From Squalus acanthias (Eukaryota): 64,000 bases of DNA. The position numbers and the translations under genes are program-made. Positions within the stretch are counted from its first letter, which is position 1. The number at the start of each line of letters is the position of its first letter. The stretch covers positions 112,842,001-112,906,000 of the forward strand of contig CM059432.1 in NCBI GenBank assembly GCA_030390025.1. The letters run 5' to 3'. The notes below the pieces were generated by a model. The model searched no databases and was not told where the DNA came from. It saw only the letters and a program-made list of their open reading frames with translations. Positions 58,291 to 64,000 of the stretch are shown one piece after another.

Positions 58291-61129
58291 AGACGTTCAA
58301 GTGGAACAATATATTCTTTTTCTTCAATATTCAGCTTACAATAAAGCAAAGTACAATAAAAGCCTGCATGACTGTAGGAATGAGAAGAGGTTTGGCCAGC
58401 TCAGTGAGTTAGAGCACTCCTTTCTCTGGAACTTGGGTTAACCTCTAGCACATACTATTTTGATGAAAATCTGCCTCAAAGAGATTACATTAAGTAAGAT
58501 TAATCTGTTCCATCCAGTTCTTAGTGGGTGAGTCTATAAATTCAACATTAATTTGAATTAACTAGGCAATCTCAATCATAAGAATGGCTGATGTAGGATA
58601 TGGAAATGGATTTACTTGTCCTCCCGCCATGCCCGGGCACTAGATAGGAACAGTATCAGGATTGCCAGAATTTCCTGTTTGGACCATTTAAATGGCCTGT
58701 CGCAGCCCTGGCACCCGCCCGCCTGCTGCCAGAGCTTATCATCAACGGTAGGGGCAGGAAAATCATGGCAGCTGCAGACCTCTTTGGCCTCAGTCCTGCA
58801 GCTGTGAGTATAGCCATGTGATCAGGGTCTTCTGGTTGCCTGTGGACATCAGCAGCCAGAGGGCCCGAATTCAGTCTCATGATCCAAAGGGAGGCCTGAA
58901 AAGCAAAGAGGAGGTTTACCTGCAATTCTTCAACCTGCCCCCAGGAGCCCCCAGATTTATCAATCGGTGGGGGGGTTGGACAGGCCACACCACCACCTTC
59001 TTTGAGTGGTGGTGTGGCCTAAGCTGGAGTACTGAGCAAGCGGTACAGCAGGGAAGTAAGGCAGAAGGCTGGTTATGCCCCTTCCCACCTCATTATAATT
59101 GTTCTGTCTGGCCTACACCTTCTGCAGGCTTTGATCTCCCTCACGAAAGCCCTGGAATTCCAGGGCAACATTAAATGGGCGGGGGTGAAGCCGGCTCACA
59201 GAGTCTCCACCTCATTTAGCTGACCCTTGCACTGAGTGTACCTCCAGGGGGCAATGGCCAGGAAAGAAGGCCCTATTAAGCATACAGAAACCATTGCTCT
59301 AGTCCTGATTGTGAGATATCTGATCTGTGACTACTTTGATGCTGACACTAGAGGGGTAATCTTACAATTTCACGCTCCCAGAGGTAAGCTTCACTCACCA
59401 GGAATGCATATCGGAAATTCTGGCATGCTCTATGTGCAATTTCCTGACCATTTAAATGGTTGGAAAGTCCTGCGCATTGTGCCTCGAAATTCCGATTATG
59501 AAGATTGGTTCCCTAACAGGATTGCAAAGATGGAAAAGTACCCCAAAAGTGGACAATGTTCAATTCTCCCATTGTGGACATTCCTGATCTTTGATGCGCT
59601 CCAAAGCCAACATTTATTTTAAAGAACACATGTCCAATAAAAGAGAGCTCAGCCTATCATTCTAAACCATTGATGCTGCATCATTTAGGCCTTTGTTCAG
59701 AACCTGTACTGACCATTTCTCTCTCTCTGATCTAAATTCATAACCCTGTGTCTCCTGCCAAACAAGGCATCTGCCCTGTTCCATCTTGACTGCGGCAGCC
59801 AAGTTAGCCTTTACTGCAACCTCTATTTTTCATTTTGATATTTCTTCTGCATGAGAGCCAATCCCCATCATCCCAGGCAGCAGAGGAAAATGTTTCAGAC
59901 CACACACTTCTTAGAGCCACTGTCCATGCCTTTCAATGCCTGACCAGATGCATGATCCAATTAGAATGAACTAAGTTGTCATATTGCTGTCTAGACGAGG
60001 ACTGACAGATTTGACCTGTACTCCCTCTCTCACCCCACTGCCCCAAACAAGCTCCAGTGGCAGAGCGCCCTGTGGCTGCCAACCGACCATGCTCTGTCTT
60101 CTAGTTGGGAGCTGGGTGCTCCACCGCAAGAAATCTAAAAAAAACATACGGATAACGTTAGCATATTTCACTGCATGATAGTGTTAATCCTCTTTACTGC
60201 CTTCTCTCCTGTGGATCTCATATATTTTAACAGTTTCTCATATTGGAATATTACTTGAAAATTGATTAAATACATTTATCATCAAGGCAGTCATCAAAAT
60301 AATCATTTGGAACAAATGCGATGCATTCATTAGAAACAACTTATTTTTTACATGTAAAATATGCACTGAATTAAATCTACTTTTTATGTGCAGCTATGGC
60401 CGCAGTTTTTTTGTGTAATAATTTCTGTATTTTATTAATACGTGCTTTATTTTTGCTCTATCAGCATGTGTTTTTGGGTGGGGTGAGTGGTATACAGAAC
60501 CAAAGGGGTAGCATTCCAGTACTCTACAGTGTGCACACTCCTCCACTGAATATTCATATTTCAGTGCATACGCTGTTGCCTAAAAGGCTTTTTAATTACA
60601 ACAACAAGACAAAAAAAAAACTCCTTGGATTCTTTCCAGACTTGCTAAATGATAAAATAAGCTTGCACTCTCTCGTTCTTAATCTCCGTAAAGCACCTTG
60701 GAGCCTCATCTCAGAAATACATGCAACTGAATGTGAAAATGCCATTTAGAGATGCAGGTGTGACATTTGATAAGAAACTTCTGGATTAAATATGTTCTGC
60801 TAATGAGGAACCCAGCTACCCCCATCAGGGCTAACTATTGGTTGAATTGTGCACAGGCTGATAACATTCCACATGTGAACATTCAAATTCATTATTAATA
60901 AACAGCCCAAGTCTATATCAGTAAGGTCTGGATCGGTTAGTAAGTCAGGGATGTTGTTTCTCATTAACAGAAGACATCAGATCTCCCAGAATGCAGCAAA
61001 TCTTTTTTCTGGCCAGTTTCAAACTACGTATTAATGGTGCAATGCTAATTTTAACAAGAGCCATAAAAATGCAACTTTTCTTTTCCTGTGCCTTGCAGAT
61101 TTTTTTATCTAGCTTCAGCTCTCACTCCC

Positions 61130-61500
61130 CTGATGGGTCAGCTGCTTAACCCATTCGGTAGTCGAGTCGTTAAGACCAGATTCAATCCCCAGTCTGTGCT
61201 GAGCTAGCTGATTTTGATCAAGCTTGCTTATAGAAGGCACTATATTTGGCCTCAGCACCACTCAGTTTGGGTTCCCATTCCCGATCACTATCTACAGACG
61301 TGCACAAAATTCAGATCAGCTTGCTGCCTCCTGAAGTCAATTAGCCTGCCGACAATCACTGTTTAGGTGCGCACTTGAAGGTTGACTATTTGGGTGAGGT
61401 AGTGGAAGGTGATTGATACCCGATAACAATATCACAGCAAGGAGTCAACGCCTTCAGGAGAGGGGGCGTGGGGGGGGCAAGGGGAGAAAAATGGCAGAAA
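61130..61500 (+). mobile_element. SINE-like repeat (family of 54215-54590)
   Basis: TTCAATCCCCAGTCTGTGCTGAGCTAGCTGAT...GGCCTCAGCACC...CCTTCAGGAGAGG with a purine-rich tail. Confidence 0.5.
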
Positions 61501-63605
61501 AAGGAGGGAAAAAACAGCTTTAGCTATTAATGCCTGTCTTGAATGAAATTAGAAATATTTTTCAGCTTCCGAAGTATTGCATTTTTTTCCCTCAAAGTGC
61601 TCAGCTCTCTGAAAATATTTTGCTAGGAATTTTTCGAGTCTAAGTTAGTTTCTGGATTCAGTTACGGTTTCCCTTTTTCAGGTCCCTAATTCCACTTCTG
61701 CCATTATTCATCACAAACCAATTTCTGCAGCGGTGACTAAAACAGGCGTTTCGCCCCTCATTTACATATGTAAGTGGCCTGATGCCTGTTTTAGGCAGCC
61801 GCCAGGGACTGCTGAAAAAGGACCCGACCCAATTTTGGCTCAGGCATATTTCAGATGTCCTTGGGCACAGGACGTTGGTCCTTGAAATTGGGCCTTATTG
61901 CACCCATTTTACATCCTTAAAACGGGCGAAACGAGGTCCAATTTCTACCCTATTTATCCTATCACTCTCCTCCCCATAATGTCCAGTCTGTACTGAATCA
62001 TTTCATATTCAGATGAGTGATGCAGAATTTCTGAACCAGGATGGGTATTCCTGATCCAATAAAATGTTCCCCAAGTATTCTTGTTTTTGGTTATTTGCAA
62101 TACTGACTGAAGCTTGTAAAAGATCATAGTTTCTATAATAGTTTAAATTTAGATTCTGTTGTAGTATGACTAATTAAATAGACTTAAGGGCAAATATTAC
62201 AAATTAATATTAGATGTATAATTTTTTTTTAAATAGTCTGTAGAATTCCTGACACATGCAAGAAACTTTTGCCGAACAACTAATTGTCAGGATTTGACTG
62301 CAGCTTCACTAATAAGTATTGAAGAAAAGAAGGTGATGTTCAGTGAAAGACAGACCTTCTGTCAGTGCAGATTGTGGACAGTCTCATTATACTGGAAACA
62401 GGATTTCTATTTACATGTTAGGTGTTGGCCTGAGGTGTAAGTATTAGCAAGTGGCATCTGAAATGAAGAGATATTGAAAAGGGGACAATTTTGTAAGGCA
62501 TTTCCCTCCCAACATATATCATTAATGGGTCTCTTTGTTCCACTTTTGTCTTTCTGCCTCATTTTTCCTTTTCAGGCTATTCATTTAATTTTTTACGATG
62601 AGTTTCTTCCTATTTTGTTTTTCTTCCTTGTGTTTTTTAATAATTTTATATACTTGTTTGTTTGAATTTAGATTCTTAATCTTCCTTTAATTCAGGACAG
62701 CAAAGTGTTGTGTCCAAACACATGAATTCATAACTACAATTTGCCACACAAATACGTGATGAGGTACCAACCTCGGTTCCTCCCATGGTGAGGAACCCAA
62801 GCATATTGCAGGTAATCTTTTACAGGAAAAGAAGGAAAAATGCAAGGAAGAGTCAAGGAAGGGACACCTAGTCATATAGGAGCACAGACAAAGATTTCGG
62901 AGTAGGTCACTTAGATATAAGCAGAGGTCTGGGAGCTTGAAAAGGGCATAGGTTATAAAGCTTGTGAGCAGGTTACGTGCACACAGGAAGAGAGGCCTGG
63001 GAAAAGGCCACATGGACAATCTCTCAGCTGTATAGATTGCCTGGGACAAGGAGGTCAGAAAAGAAAGGTGGGAAAATTGTAAAATTTTAACAACAAAAAA
63101 GGTGATTCTTCCTCTTAATTCTTTTGCTTTTTCCTCTTTGCATTCTTTTCTCTTGAAAAGTTGATACTTAATTTTTAAGTTAGATAAATGTGAACTGAGG
63201 TTGGTACCTCATCGTGTAGTAGTCTGAAGAAATATTTCAAAAGGCTTTTAGTAAATCAGAAAGTTCCTGTTTGAGCTGAAGACATCATAATTCTCTAATG
63301 TAGTTGCTGAAACTCGGAGTTAATGTAAGACATAGTGATGTAGAATGTATAAATAAGCTGCAAATATTTCTCAACAATTTGCAGTAATTACGTCACAATT
63401 ATTCATCTTTAATGTTATGATGCACAATGACAAGGAAAAGGCAGATAGCTACTGTCAGTATAAAACAGAACTGAATAAAATACCTATATAAAATTCAAAG
63501 TGTGTCCCTTATATAAAAAAAAAGTTCCAAAAATTAACCAGGCAGTGATTTGAAGGTTATAGTCTAATTTTGGGGTTTTGGTGGCCAGAGTGAATTGCTC
63601 AAGAT

Positions 63606-63722
63606 TTGCTCCTGCTACAACAGTGACTCCACTTCAAAAGTAGTTCATTGGCTGTAAAGCGCTTTTTGAGACGTCCAGTGGTCGTGAAAGGCGCTATAGA
63701 AATGCAAGTCTCTCTTTCTTCT
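63606..63722 (+). mobile_element. Deu-SINE 3' tail fragment
   Basis: TACAACAGTGACTCCACTTCAAAAGTA...GGCGCTATAGAAATGCAAGTCT matches 2690-2790. Confidence 0.75.
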
Positions 63723-64000
63723 ATGGCATCGCCTGAAGCCTTCCGTTGGATTGTAATCACATGAGTATCTTCTTAATTTTCATGTAGTATAAACATATAA
63801 CTATGCACACTCCAGTTCCAACAACTGTAATAGAAATTGCATCGCAGCATTCAACTTAAAACTGAAAGTATTAGTGAATTTCTTTTGTGCACAAATATAA
63901 GTGCCTTCTATATAAATACATGTGTCTTGAAACCCAATAGTATCCTGCAAGTAAAACCTTACCCTGCACCCGTAGTGCATAGTATGACTGGAAACTACTG

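Overview
This is eukaryotic, repeat-dense, largely non-coding DNA (intergenic or a long intron). It is most likely from a cartilaginous fish (shark); this is inferred from the CR1 LINE load, Deu-domain SacSINE1-like SINEs and shark-type Penelope elements. No intact, recognisable host gene, prokaryotic system or CRISPR array is present. The window holds CR1 and L2 LINE fragments and a near full-length single-ORF EN-RT LINE with a tRNA-like 5' head. It also has Penelope-like (GIY-YIG) fragments whose termini carry minimal hammerhead-ribozyme motifs, many PIF/Harbinger-type MITEs with 3-bp TSDs, and two internally deleted Harbinger elements retaining a Myb/SANT-like exon. One Tc1/pogo-type MITE, one hAT-type MITE and three minisatellites (33, 39/40 and 49 bp units) are also present. 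The very long ORFs at 22.3-27.1 kb are artefacts of a stop-free repeat unit. Two well-bounded candidate exons on the minus strand near 41.6-42.5 kb may belong to an unidentified spliced transcript. The most notable observations are short hammerhead-bearing Penelope-derived insertions with TSDs, the tRNA-headed LINE with its bipartite derivative, and a minisatellite arising inside an L2 element. All calls were made by eye; family names need database confirmation and boundaries of decayed elements are approximate.
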